Below are positions 9,870-19,235 of a DNA stretch of 64,000 nucleotides, piece by piece. The stretch lies in sequence record NC_031039.1; one strand, 5' to 3'. A program made the translations under genes and the position numbers. Every line of letters begins with the position of its first letter. Position 1 is the first letter of the stretch. Under the pieces are notes generated by a model. It saw only the letters and a program-made list of their open reading frames with translations. It was not told where the DNA came from and made no database searches.

Positions 9870-10694
9870 TTACTTTTTCTTCTTTCTAACACTCATATTT
9901 TTCTTCATGTCTCTTTTCATGTTAGGACGTTTGTTTCTTTCTTGAGGATTTTTCTTAAGAGACTTTCTAGTTGTAGGACGACTATTAGATTTCTGAGAGT
10001 CTTCCTTCAAAGTTTTTCTCACTTCTCCATTATAACTATTTTTCTCTTTCTTTGCAACTCTTTTTTGAGATTTCTTCTTAGTCATCTCATTGTTCTTAAC
10101 CCTATTATATTGCTTTAATTTTTCGTCAGTTGAATCAACTGCCTTTAATAAAAGAGTCTTAGAGAATTTTTTAATACTAGTAGTACTAATAACAGATTTA
10201 ACATTAAATCTTCTGTGTTTAATATATAGTAGTGCAAAGTAAACACTTTTTTCAAATCCATAAGATTGAATGGGATTTCGTGTATTAGGAGGTTCATTTA
10301 AAGCTTTATTAGATATTTTTTTCTTAAGGAAATCAATCAGAATTCCATCTTGATTATATACATAGGCATACGTAAATAAAAAATTAGGTGCATTGCTAAA
10401 TAATCTTACACTATAGTTATTGAATGTAAAATCTGAGTTAGCTTGATCGTTTATTGGAGAAAATTGTAATACAACATCATAAAATAATTTTTCATATGTT
10501 TCTGATGGTATTTTAAAATAAAAATAATAAATATCTTTATCTTTCATTATTTCTAATTTAAAATCTTTATGTTGCTTCATCATTTCATAAAATCTATCTT
10601 TTAGGTTTTGAATAGTAATATCCCTTCTTGCAAAGTAAGCTGAATATTTACCAGAAGGATTTTGTAATAATTGATTCATTGTTACAATTGCCAC
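9870..10694 (-). CDS. Conserved jumbo-phage protein with long Lys/Arg-rich C-terminal tail
   Basis: 274 aa, GTG start with RBS GGAGG; globular N-terminus, last ~75 aa highly basic and low complexity. Confidence 0.75.
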   Translation of the reverse strand: MAIVTMNQLLQNPSGKYSAYFARRDITIQNLKDRFYEMMKQHKDFKLEIMKDKDIYYFYFKIPSETYEKLFYDVVLQFSPINDQANSDFTFNNYSVRLFSNAPNFLFTYAYVYNQDGILIDFLKKKISNKALNEPPNTRNPIQSYGFEKSVYFALLYIKHRRFNVKSVISTTSIKKFSKTLLLKAVDSTDEKLKQYNRVKNNEMTKKKSQKRVAKKEKNSYNGEVRKTLKEDSQKSNSRPTTRKSLKKNPQERNKRPNMKRDMKKNMSVRKKKK

Positions 10695-10720
10695 TATATT
10701 TCCTCCTTTAGAAAATATAT

Positions 10721-10757
10721 TGATTAGACATTATAAATGTTTTATAATGTCTAATCA
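10721..10757. terminator. 17-bp perfect inverted repeat after chaperonin gene
   Basis: TGATTAGACATTATAAA-tgt-TTTATAATGTCTAATCA. Confidence 0.7.
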
Positions 10758-10765
10758 TTTTAAGA

Positions 10766-12454
10766 TTATTGCTGATACTGAACGGAAACGAATTGATTAC
10801 TAGTAACTAAAAGTCCAATGATACTAAAAGTAGCTTTCATTATTTCAATATCAGTTTGTGTTGAGTTAATAATTTTAGTATTACTAATATCTTCAAATTC
10901 ATCAGTCTTGAGATTGTAAATTTTATCATTAACAATACACTCTGAAATAATATCATCAATTAGATTTTCATTATCTTCAAACTTATTCATTAAAACAGTC
11001 TCAAAAGAATTTCTGAATGCTTGTTTGATCTTAATGCTAAATTCTTTGATAAAATTATATTTCTCATCATCATTAAAATATCTAAATAGGGATTTATCAG
11101 AAATAATTTTTTCAATAATAACATCTAAATTCTTATCAATAATTCTAGGAATAATTAAATTTCCACCAGAGATATAACCATTACGTAAAGCCGAACGACA
11201 TGCAAAAACTGCATCTTCCATGAGAAATTTACGAGTTTCTTTTTCTAACTCTGTACTTCCTCCAATAAAAAGATTAGCAATAGAACAATTTAAATCTGCA
11301 ATTCTCTTTTTAATTCTATATTCATCTTCTGTAGTGTCGATATATTTTTCACGTTTATTAATTTCTTCTAATCTTGTATTTAGATATTCAATTCTTTCTT
11401 TGATGGCTTCAGGATCCCCTTGACCTTCAATAAGCTTTGATGTATTTTCATTGACTGTTACTTTATTACATTTTCCTAGTTTATCAATATCAAATGCATC
11501 TAATTGTCCCATCTCAAATTTATCATAAATAGTAGCACCTAAATATATAGCAAGATCTTCAAATGATTCACGATGGTGATCAGTAGCAAGTGCATAATCA
11601 ATTGCCACTAAATCTTTTAATTCATCTCTTCGGTGATTAATTCTTAACATGTTGACTATTTCTGAAGAATAACCTTTAGAAATGATAACTAATGGTTTTT
11701 TTCTCCCAAGCATGACATCACCCATTAAGCTACCAATTAAATCTGAGTCACTCTCATCTAATGTTTGATTAGACATAAATACTAAAGCATCTTTAAGTTC
11801 AGTAGTTACTTTATCCACTTGATTGGCAAAATCATTGGTAATGTAGCCTCTATTTAATTCAATTCCTTTAGTTACAGTATAACTATCTACTATATCATCA
11901 GATAATTCTAAATTAATAAATCCATTAGCACCAATCTCTTTATAAATATCATAAATAATTTGACCTGCTTTTTCATCATTATTATTAGATACTGTAGCAA
12001 TCTCTTTAATAATATTAAAATTTTCTTCTGTAATTTCTGTTGCTTCATTTTTAATAAATTCTACTAATACTTCTTCGAATTTAGCCAGTGTATCAATAAT
12101 ATCTTTACGAGGTACTTTAAATTCAGTGATCAATGAGTCTAACTCTTTAAAGAGAGAATTTGATACTACAATAGCAGAAGTTGAACCATCACCAACTTCA
12201 CGTACTAAGCTTCTACTAATTTTCTTTACAATATCTAAAATTGTTGAAGCAATTTCATTATCAAACTTAATTTTATTTAAAATACTATAACCATCTTTTG
12301 TAATAGCATGATTTACAGTTAATTTATCTTGTATAATAGAAGTTGAACCATATGGTCCAAGACTATTAGAAAGAATAGTTGTGAGCGTATTTAAGGTTTC
12401 TGTTATTACTTCTTTTGTCTTACTTTGATCTGCTACATTTGATTTAACTGACAT
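10766..12454 (-). CDS. groEL: Phage GroEL-like chaperonin (AR9 gp228-like)
   Basis: SLGPYG, ITKDGYSIL, VGDGSTSA, GYISGGN equatorial ATP-binding motifs; no adjacent GroES. Confidence 0.93.
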   Translation of the reverse strand: MSVKSNVADQSKTKEVITETLNTLTTILSNSLGPYGSTSIIQDKLTVNHAITKDGYSILNKIKFDNEIASTILDIVKKISRSLVREVGDGSTSAIVVSNSLFKELDSLITEFKVPRKDIIDTLAKFEEVLVEFIKNEATEITEENFNIIKEIATVSNNNDEKAGQIIYDIYKEIGANGFINLELSDDIVDSYTVTKGIELNRGYITNDFANQVDKVTTELKDALVFMSNQTLDESDSDLIGSLMGDVMLGRKKPLVIISKGYSSEIVNMLRINHRRDELKDLVAIDYALATDHHRESFEDLAIYLGATIYDKFEMGQLDAFDIDKLGKCNKVTVNENTSKLIEGQGDPEAIKERIEYLNTRLEEINKREKYIDTTEDEYRIKKRIADLNCSIANLFIGGSTELEKETRKFLMEDAVFACRSALRNGYISGGNLIIPRIIDKNLDVIIEKIISDKSLFRYFNDDEKYNFIKEFSIKIKQAFRNSFETVLMNKFEDNENLIDDIISECIVNDKIYNLKTDEFEDISNTKIINSTQTDIEIMKATFSIIGLLVTSNQFVSVQYQQ

Positions 12455-12495
12455 ATTAATTTCCTCCTGATTTCTCTCTTTTGGAACATAGAAAA

Positions 12496-12828
12496 CTATT
12501 TTATTAAAAATACAATTTCATTTTCTGATAAAACTTTTACTTCATCTACATATTTATGATTATTAATAACTTCTATGGCTTTTTCTTTATTTTTATCTGA
12601 TAATAATTTAATATGACAATTTTTAAAGGTATTAATTGCGTTATCATCAGAGAGGTTCTCGCATAGAAAACCTCTTACAATTTTATAAAATTCTATATTG
12701 CTTAGTATTTCAATAATTTTTAAAGCATTTTCTCTATATTCTAAACCTTTAAAAAAATTTTCTGATTTATACTCTTCATTATCTGTTTTAGTTAATTCAC
12801 CATAGATGATATAATTTTCATTGTTCAT
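12496..12828 (-). CDS. Hypothetical protein
   Basis: 110-aa ORF with RBS AGAGGG; no recognised motif. Confidence 0.7.
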   Translation of the reverse strand: MNNENYIIYGELTKTDNEEYKSENFFKGLEYRENALKIIEILSNIEFYKIVRGFLCENLSDDNAINTFKNCHIKLLSDKNKEKAIEVINNHKYVDEVKVLSENEIVFLIK

Positions 12829-12880
12829 CTTTCCCTCTACCTTTCTTTCCCCTCATGAGAGTAAAAGAAGAACATACTTA

Positions 12881-13132
12881 CTATTTCTTATTAGTAATAG
12901 TTTTAGGTTTTTCTTTTGAATCTTGTTGAGCCTTCATTATTTTTTTAGCTTCTTTTTCAACTTGTTTTGCTTTTTCCTTCTCCAGACTGATTAGCATTGA
13001 TAGATCCATATTGATCATTTCGCTGATACTTATTTTACCATCAAATAAGTCCAAAAGGTATAACTGGTATTTAGCATCCAGTTCAGTCTTTCGTTTAAGA
13101 CCACCTTTTAATCCTCCTGAAGAAGACGATGA
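12881..13132 (-). CDS. T4 gp51-like baseplate/tail assembly chaperone segment; no clean start, possibly reached by -1 frameshift
   Basis: YQLYLLDLFDGKISISEMINMDL resembles gp51-type motif; the ORF-track N-terminus (TTG 13183) overlaps the upstream gene and lacks an RBS. Confidence 0.5.
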   Translation of the reverse strand, partial: SSSSSGGLKGGLKRKTELDAKYQLYLLDLFDGKISISEMINMDLSMLISLEKEKAKQVEKEAKKIMKAQQDSKEKPKTITNKK

Positions 13133-14304
13133 AAAAGCATTTCTTCCATATCGATCTCGATATCTCCTAACTGTTCTCCGCAATTACTACATTTATGAGT
13201 TTTAATTTTATAATCAATAGCATATTTTTCTGAACGATCAGAAATTGCTTGTGCTAATGCTTTAACATCTTCCACTTCTAAATTCTTAATAATTTGGAAG
13301 ATTGACTCTTTATCATCAATTTTTACATATTTTACTTTATTATTAGCTTTAAGTTGTTGAATGTCGATTACATAAAGATTCTTAATAAACATCATTGTTG
13401 TTAAGATTTGCTCATTTTCTTGTAGCATCTCTGGATTTACTGAGCCGATCAATTCTAAATGATCATACAATGAAGGTGTTTGAACATCCAACAAAATCTT
13501 ATCATGTGGTAATACAATACGGTTAAATTTATTAACAAGTGATTTTTCTAGCAACTCATCTACATTACTAACATTCCCAATAATCTCATGTAACTTAGCA
13601 AAAGTTTCTTCATCTTTTACGTCAACTAGTGTTTCATTATTAACGATAACAGTATTTGTTCCTTGGCAATGACCACAACTAATTTCAAAAGTACTATCAG
13701 TTGGATAAGTTTGACAATAAATGCCATAGAGTAAGGTATTAAAATCATAGAATGAAGTAATTCTTAACCAATCTTTATAACTAATTTTTCCTAAAGATGT
13801 TGCATTAATTTTACTATATACAATCTTGTAAAGCTTTTGTCTAGAAGCAGATGGAGACATAGTAGAATTTACAATAGAATTAATATCAGCCATTCTAATT
13901 GATTCCATATGTGCGATATACGCCGATTGGTTAGCAACAACTTGGAAAGTAGGTTTTCCATTTAGAATAAAATCAATATCAGATGTACTTTCTAATGGAC
14001 TCTTTTCAGAAAATTCAATATTTGATACATCAATAGTAATACCACTAAGGATATCTCTTATATCCGAATTATCTGATGTTTTCTTTTTATTACTTTTCTT
14101 TTTGGTTTGTGTTGATGTTTTCTTTTTTGAAACAGCTTTCTTTTTAGGTTTTTCTTCTACAATTTCTTCTTCAATATTTTCTTCCTCATCTTCAATAATA
14201 CCTAATTCTTCATGTAGATCTTCAATTTCTTCTTCACTTTTTAAACCAAAATCTTTAATCTCTTTTTCAGAAAGTTTTTTCATAACTTCTTGTCTTTTAC
14301 TCAT
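13108..14304 (-). CDS. T4 gp26-like baseplate hub assembly protein
   Basis: DFNTLLYGIYCQTYP, CGHC and CSNC Zn pairs, VQTPSLYDHL; acidic/basic N-terminal extension; next to gp25-like gene. Confidence 0.7.
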   Translation of the reverse strand: MSKRQEVMKKLSEKEIKDFGLKSEEEIEDLHEELGIIEDEEENIEEEIVEEKPKKKAVSKKKTSTQTKKKSNKKKTSDNSDIRDILSGITIDVSNIEFSEKSPLESTSDIDFILNGKPTFQVVANQSAYIAHMESIRMADINSIVNSTMSPSASRQKLYKIVYSKINATSLGKISYKDWLRITSFYDFNTLLYGIYCQTYPTDSTFEISCGHCQGTNTVIVNNETLVDVKDEETFAKLHEIIGNVSNVDELLEKSLVNKFNRIVLPHDKILLDVQTPSLYDHLELIGSVNPEMLQENEQILTTMMFIKNLYVIDIQQLKANNKVKYVKIDDKESIFQIIKNLEVEDVKALAQAISDRSEKYAIDYKIKTHKCSNCGEQLGDIEIDMEEMLFHRLLQED

Positions 14305-14318
14305 TATTTTGTCCTCCG

Positions 14319-14744
14319 TTATAAAATAATTTTAGATATAACTTTTTTATTACTTTGCCTACCAAATATAATAGTAATTTGATCAGGATCATTAGTAGTC
14401 TGAATATCTCTTGAAACAATAAAGGTAAAAACAAGTATTTTAGATCCTCTATCATTATCTACTGTATCCAAATCAAATTGTATTCCTATATTGGTTGGTA
14501 TAAATTTACTTATTTGATTATCAACTTTTTCTTTTAATTCTTGTTTTAATTGATCATCAATAAATTCAAATTGATAATTTTCGATACCTACGCCTAATTC
14601 TGGTTGATTAGGATATGTACCTTGTTCAATTATCATTAAATTTTGAATAGTCTGTGCTAATGCTTCTAAATCTTTCCTCTCAGCATTAGTGTTATATATA
14701 CTCTTTTCCAAAAGGAGTTCACTCTTAAATATATCATCAGCCAC
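14319..14744 (-). CDS. Baseplate wedge protein, gp25/GPW-like
   Basis: IQNLMIIEQGTYPNQPELGVGIENYQFE matches the gp25 pattern; GTG start. Confidence 0.8.
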   Translation of the reverse strand: MADDIFKSELLLEKSIYNTNAERKDLEALAQTIQNLMIIEQGTYPNQPELGVGIENYQFEFIDDQLKQELKEKVDNQISKFIPTNIGIQFDLDTVDNDRGSKILVFTFIVSRDIQTTNDPDQITIIFGRQSNKKVISKIIL

Positions 14745-14866
14745 TATAGTTCTAAGACCTCCTCCATTATTTCAGGTAATATTGAAATGTTAACAATTCT
14801 CCAAATTATAAAAAATAATAAACAATATTTTATAAGACATAATAATGGAAAAGACGGTGAAAAATA

Positions 14867-15583
14867 ATGAAAATAGAAAAATGTCCATTTTGTTCTAATA
14901 AGTATAAAGACAAATCTTTTCTTTGTAATCATTTAGAAAATAAACATAAAGAACAGTTGAATGGTCTTTCTCCAGCACAGGTATATTTTAATTTTAAATA
15001 TAATAAAACTGGTGGAAAATGTATTATATGTAGAAAGTCTACTAAATGGAATGAAAGTACCAATAGATATGAGAGAATTTGTGATCGTAAAGAGACTAAT
15101 TGTAGAGAGAAATATAGAGAAATGTTTAAAAAACGTATGATGGGTAAGTATGGTAAGACTACTTTACTTGATGAACCAGAAATGCAAAAGAAGATGCTTG
15201 ATTCTAGAAAGATATCTGGTGAATATACTTGGACAAATAAAAAAGGTAAGACTAAATATACTGGTACTTATGAAAAAGATTTTTTAGAATTTTTAGATGT
15301 ATTTTTACATTTTGAACCAAGTGATGTTATTAGTCCTGCCCCACAAGTTTTTTACTATGAATTTAATGGTAAAAAACACTTTTATATGCCAGATTTTTAT
15401 ATTACATCAATTAATACCATCATAGAGATAAAAGCTTTTGATAATAAACATTATAGAGCTAGAGATATAGAACAAGAAAAAGCAAAGGATAAAGCAGTAT
15501 TAAAAAGTAATTTTAATTATATTAAAATTCATGATAAAGAATATGATGAATTTTTTGATTATCTTTTAAAATTTAAAGAATAA
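14867..15583 (+). CDS. Zn-finger plus PD-(D/E)xK (TnsA-like) endonuclease
   Basis: CPFC...HLENKH C2H2 finger, CIIC...C; C-terminal HFYMPDFYITSINTIIEIK nuclease motif. Confidence 0.7.
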   Translation: MKIEKCPFCSNKYKDKSFLCNHLENKHKEQLNGLSPAQVYFNFKYNKTGGKCIICRKSTKWNESTNRYERICDRKETNCREKYREMFKKRMMGKYGKTTLLDEPEMQKKMLDSRKISGEYTWTNKKGKTKYTGTYEKDFLEFLDVFLHFEPSDVISPAPQVFYYEFNGKKHFYMPDFYITSINTIIEIKAFDNKHYRARDIEQEKAKDKAVLKSNFNYIKIHDKEYDEFFDYLLKFKE

Positions 15584-15696
15584 AGAAATAATAAATTAAT
15601 AGGGTAAGTTAAAAAATAAAGATAACTTTTTCTTAATAGAATTAGTTATCTTTATTAAATTTATTATTTTTAATAACCGTATTAAAATATTAAAAG

Positions 15697-15709
15697 AAAT
15701 ATATATTAT
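15697..15709 (+). promoter_or_regulatory. Early promoter motif
   Basis: AAATATATATTAT 40 nt upstream of ORF 15749. Confidence 0.75.
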
Positions 15710-15748
15710 ATAATTGAATAAATAGGAGAACTAGGAGGTTCAATTATT

Positions 15749-16531
15749 ATGAGAATTATACTGGGGAATTATAATAAAGATAGGGGTACTACTATTTCAT
15801 CTACTGAAGGAAAGTATTTCTACCAAGATGTTTCGAATGATCAACAAGTATTTGAGGTTTATAAGAAATTTATAGATGTAGCTGAAATTGTTGGATTTGA
15901 TGTATTACAGGCACATACACATTTTAAAGATACTAGTGATATTTGGGAAATTATACAGATTGAATTAATTAGAGATGGTATTATTGAGGAATTTAATTAT
16001 GATGAAGAGAATTATTGTACTTTTCCTGAGATACGAGACATTATTGATGTATCAAAAATGCTTATTATGGATAAGCTAGTAAAATTACCTATGTATCATT
16101 ATTGGGAAGGACAAGTACATATTGGGAAAACCATAGAAGAAGATCCAAGTAGACTTAAATTAGCTATTAATGAAATTCTTATTAAACCAAAAACAAGAAT
16201 ACTTGAGATGAGTGTATATATTTACATTTATATTGATGGACAAAGGAAAATTATCGACCTCCTAGAAGATTTTACATTAGATTTTAATTATATTAGAGAT
16301 AAAAATAGAAAATTATTTAATTATATTAATAGAGTTATTGATTATGCAAGAAATAATGTTGATTTCCCAGTGAACTTTGTGAGATTTCAAATTTCTAATG
16401 ATAACATTATACGCAATATGAAAATTAGTGATCGAAATGCTGAAATGCTTGAATGTCTTTATATGAAAGTACAAAATGACAAATATGAAAATAAATATAT
16501 ACTACCTCTGTATAATATAAAAGGAGAATAA
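15749..16531 (+). CDS. Hypothetical early protein, paralog of 16537-17262
   Basis: 260 aa; shares KKFIDV and R..NR.LFN.I.R.I segments with the next ORF. Confidence 0.75.
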   Translation: MRIILGNYNKDRGTTISSTEGKYFYQDVSNDQQVFEVYKKFIDVAEIVGFDVLQAHTHFKDTSDIWEIIQIELIRDGIIEEFNYDEENYCTFPEIRDIIDVSKMLIMDKLVKLPMYHYWEGQVHIGKTIEEDPSRLKLAINEILIKPKTRILEMSVYIYIYIDGQRKIIDLLEDFTLDFNYIRDKNRKLFNYINRVIDYARNNVDFPVNFVRFQISNDNIIRNMKISDRNAEMLECLYMKVQNDKYENKYILPLYNIKGE

Positions 16532-16536
16532 TAACA

Positions 16537-17262
16537 ATGCATCATTCTTTATTCCAAATAAAGTCTAAAGAAAATAATAAGATTTATAATGTACTAAAAA
16601 TCATCAAGAATCAATACATAGTTATGGAAGTCAGCCTTTCAAATATTAATGATATAAGTATGAATTATTTTAAAAAATTTATTGATGTAATAGATTATTT
16701 AGGTATTGAAAATATATCTAAATTAGATAACGATAATGGATTAGTGTTTATTCAAGAGATAATCAATAATAACTATTTTAAAGTCATTAATAAAGGAGAC
16801 TATTCTTATATTACTTTGCCTTTTATTAATGAATTGGAAGTTGTAATGTATAAGCTGTTATCTACAAATAAGAATATAAAAGATCCAAGTAGTTATACTA
16901 TAAATAGATTTCAAGTTAATAAAAATCCTAAACAAACAGCAATTCAAGGAGTATTATCATGTGAATTATATTCTTTTAATGAGAAAGTAAGTGAGATAGT
17001 CGTTCATATTGAAATGAGAGATCTAAGAAAAGAAAATAGGGAGTTATTTAATGATATTAAACGGTTAATTTTATTTACAGAAAGAAAATTGAATTATAGA
17101 TTAACAGAAATGAGCCTAGAAATTATGCTAGGTTCATTTCTAACTACCATTTCTAAAAATAATAATCGTCTTGAGTTTAGGGATATTATTGATACTATAT
17201 TTCTTGAAGTAAAAGGTGCTACTTCTACACAGTTTAATAGTATATTACCTATTTCAAAATAA
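16537..17262 (+). CDS. Hypothetical early protein, paralog of 15749-16531
   Basis: 241 aa; RBS AAGGAG; shared motifs as above. Confidence 0.75.
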   Translation: MHHSLFQIKSKENNKIYNVLKIIKNQYIVMEVSLSNINDISMNYFKKFIDVIDYLGIENISKLDNDNGLVFIQEIINNNYFKVINKGDYSYITLPFINELEVVMYKLLSTNKNIKDPSSYTINRFQVNKNPKQTAIQGVLSCELYSFNEKVSEIVVHIEMRDLRKENRELFNDIKRLILFTERKLNYRLTEMSLEIMLGSFLTTISKNNNRLEFRDIIDTIFLEVKGATSTQFNSILPISK

Positions 17263-17278
17263 TATTGGAGGAATAAAA

Positions 17279-18001
17279 ATGTTTAGAGGAAATGTATTTT
17301 TAACTGATATTTTATATGTAAAACATACAGGTTATAAAGAAAAAATTGAATATCATTTCAAAGAAAATGAGTCAATTTTTGATTTTGCTCGTATACTACC
17401 TATGACTGTAATTGTTGAAAGAGCTACTAATGTTTTAATTCGTCATGAAGTAAAAGATGGTTTTATTTATATTCCATCAGTTATAAAAGAACAGAATAAT
17501 ATATTTGATCTATCTAAATATGAGCTATTTAATATTCCATTGAATGACAAAAAATTAGATATAGAAATACCTAGCTATACAATGATCGACAGTTCAAGGG
17601 TTAAAAAGAATGGAATAAAACTCATTGAAAAAGTCACTAAACAGATTTTTTCTAATAGAAATAATTATATAAGTAATGAAGAGTTAAAAGTCATCTTAGA
17701 CGGAATTAAACAGGAAGAATTTAATCGTATATGCAATTTCTCTAATGAAGAGAGTCGTTATGAATTAATATTTGGTAGCTTAAAGTCTACGACTGGAAAA
17801 GATGAATATATTAACATGAAAAGTAGTTTTGGAAACTTTATTTTCCCATCTATCGATAAAGAAACTATTAATATTATTAAAAAAGAATTTTCTAATAAAA
17901 TTTTAATAATAGATAGCGAAAGAATTAATAAAGTAATCAATAATATAATAGACTTTAAACTACTTATCAATTTAAAAAAACAAATAAATAGCTCCCTTTA
18001 G
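17279..18001 (+). CDS. Hypothetical protein
   Basis: Start better placed at ATG 17279 (RBS GGAGG); 240 aa. Confidence 0.7.
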   Translation: MFRGNVFLTDILYVKHTGYKEKIEYHFKENESIFDFARILPMTVIVERATNVLIRHEVKDGFIYIPSVIKEQNNIFDLSKYELFNIPLNDKKLDIEIPSYTMIDSSRVKKNGIKLIEKVTKQIFSNRNNYISNEELKVILDGIKQEEFNRICNFSNEESRYELIFGSLKSTTGKDEYINMKSSFGNFIFPSIDKETINIIKKEFSNKILIIDSERINKVINNIIDFKLLINLKKQINSSL

Positions 18002-18049
18002 GGAGTTATTTTTTTTTATATTTTTTAAGTAAAATTAAAATATTATAAC

Positions 18050-18062
18050 AAATATATATTAT
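18050..18062 (+). promoter_or_regulatory. Early promoter motif
   Basis: AAATATATATTAT upstream of ORF 18086, after terminator at 17987-18017. Confidence 0.75.
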
Positions 18063-18085
18063 ATAATTGATGGAGGTTTAAGAAA

Positions 18086-18466
18086 ATGAGTGAAGAAAAA
18101 GTTTTAGAAAATCAAGAAGAAGTAGTAGAAAAAGAGGAAGTTGGAGAAAGTGAACAACCTCAATTAGAAGGTGATATTGTACAATTTACAGTTGGAATTA
18201 ATTCTAATCAAATGTATAATGTTAGATCAACAGTTGAAACTGGATTAGACCTAAGAGAATATATGCAAGCTATCGCAACTATTAAACTTAATACAATTAT
18301 TAGCATCTTAAGTGGAAATGAAAAGAAATATGATAATTTGAAAATTTTTAAAGAATTTGAGAAAGAAACTTTATCAATGGCTATTGATAAAATCTTGGAA
18401 GGTTTCTCTGAAAAAGAAATTCCTGATATTGAGAAAAAACAAATTAAAAAATTATTTGCTGAATAA
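18086..18466 (+). CDS. Hypothetical acidic protein
   Basis: 126 aa, RBS GGAGG, Glu-rich N-terminus. Confidence 0.75.
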   Translation: MSEEKVLENQEEVVEKEEVGESEQPQLEGDIVQFTVGINSNQMYNVRSTVETGLDLREYMQAIATIKLNTIISILSGNEKKYDNLKIFKEFEKETLSMAIDKILEGFSEKEIPDIEKKQIKKLFAE

Positions 18467-18646
18467 CATAAAATATCAAGTATGGACAACAGTTCATACT
18501 TGATATTACTTAAACCTCCATTAAAATAAGTATAGCGGATATACTTATTTTATCTTTGTTAATTTCCAATACATCTGTCACTAATTATCTAAAATTTTTA
18601 GTAAATTAGTAACAAAAGATTGACTTATACTCAGGAGGTTAACATA

Positions 18647-19168
18647 ATGAAAAAGAGATTATTAGTTATTGCTGGACCATCAGGCTGTGGAAAGAATTAT
18701 ATCACTGATTTATTAATTGGTACTTATCCAGAATTATTTCAACAGCTTCCACAATATACTACTAGGGAGAAGAGAACACCAGATGAGAATACTTATCACT
18801 TTATTAGTAAGTCTCATTATGATGTAATTGAACATGCATTAATTGCTAAAACTGAAATTAATGGATACCATTACGGGACAGTTCCAAGCTTTGAAGAAAA
18901 TAAAATCGGTATTATTATTGCTAATAAAAAAGGAATTGAGAGTTTGAGAGAATACCTTTCTAATAACACTGATAATGTAGAGGTATTTTATTTGGGAATT
19001 GATTCGGAGCAACCAAAAGAGAGAGATGAAAGAACTAAAGAATATGTCGCAAATGAAAGAAAAGAATTAAAACCAATTATTAATGATTGGTTAGTCAATA
19101 TTCCACCCTATAATTATATTACTGCGGAAGATGTTTATCAATACTTAGAGAATAAAAAGTTTATTTAA
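18647..19168 (+). CDS. Guanylate-kinase-like (d)NMP kinase
   Basis: P-loop AGPSGCGKN, YTTREKR...YHF, GYHYGT; start reset to ATG 18647 (RBS AGGAGG); late motif AACA-AAAGAT-TG at 18611-18622. Confidence 0.88.
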   Translation: MKKRLLVIAGPSGCGKNYITDLLIGTYPELFQQLPQYTTREKRTPDENTYHFISKSHYDVIEHALIAKTEINGYHYGTVPSFEENKIGIIIANKKGIESLREYLSNNTDNVEVFYLGIDSEQPKERDERTKEYVANERKELKPIINDWLVNIPPYNYITAEDVYQYLENKKFI

Positions 19169-19235
19169 ACATAAACAATCGATTATAGGTTTATTCCTAT
19201 AATCGATTTAGTTTGTCATAGGGGGAGGTTGAATT

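Noticed and set aside
13133-13183. N-terminus MRRTVRRYRDRYGRNAF of the 12881 ORF
   Set aside because: It is the alternative frame of the gp26-like gene end, with a TTG lacking an RBS.
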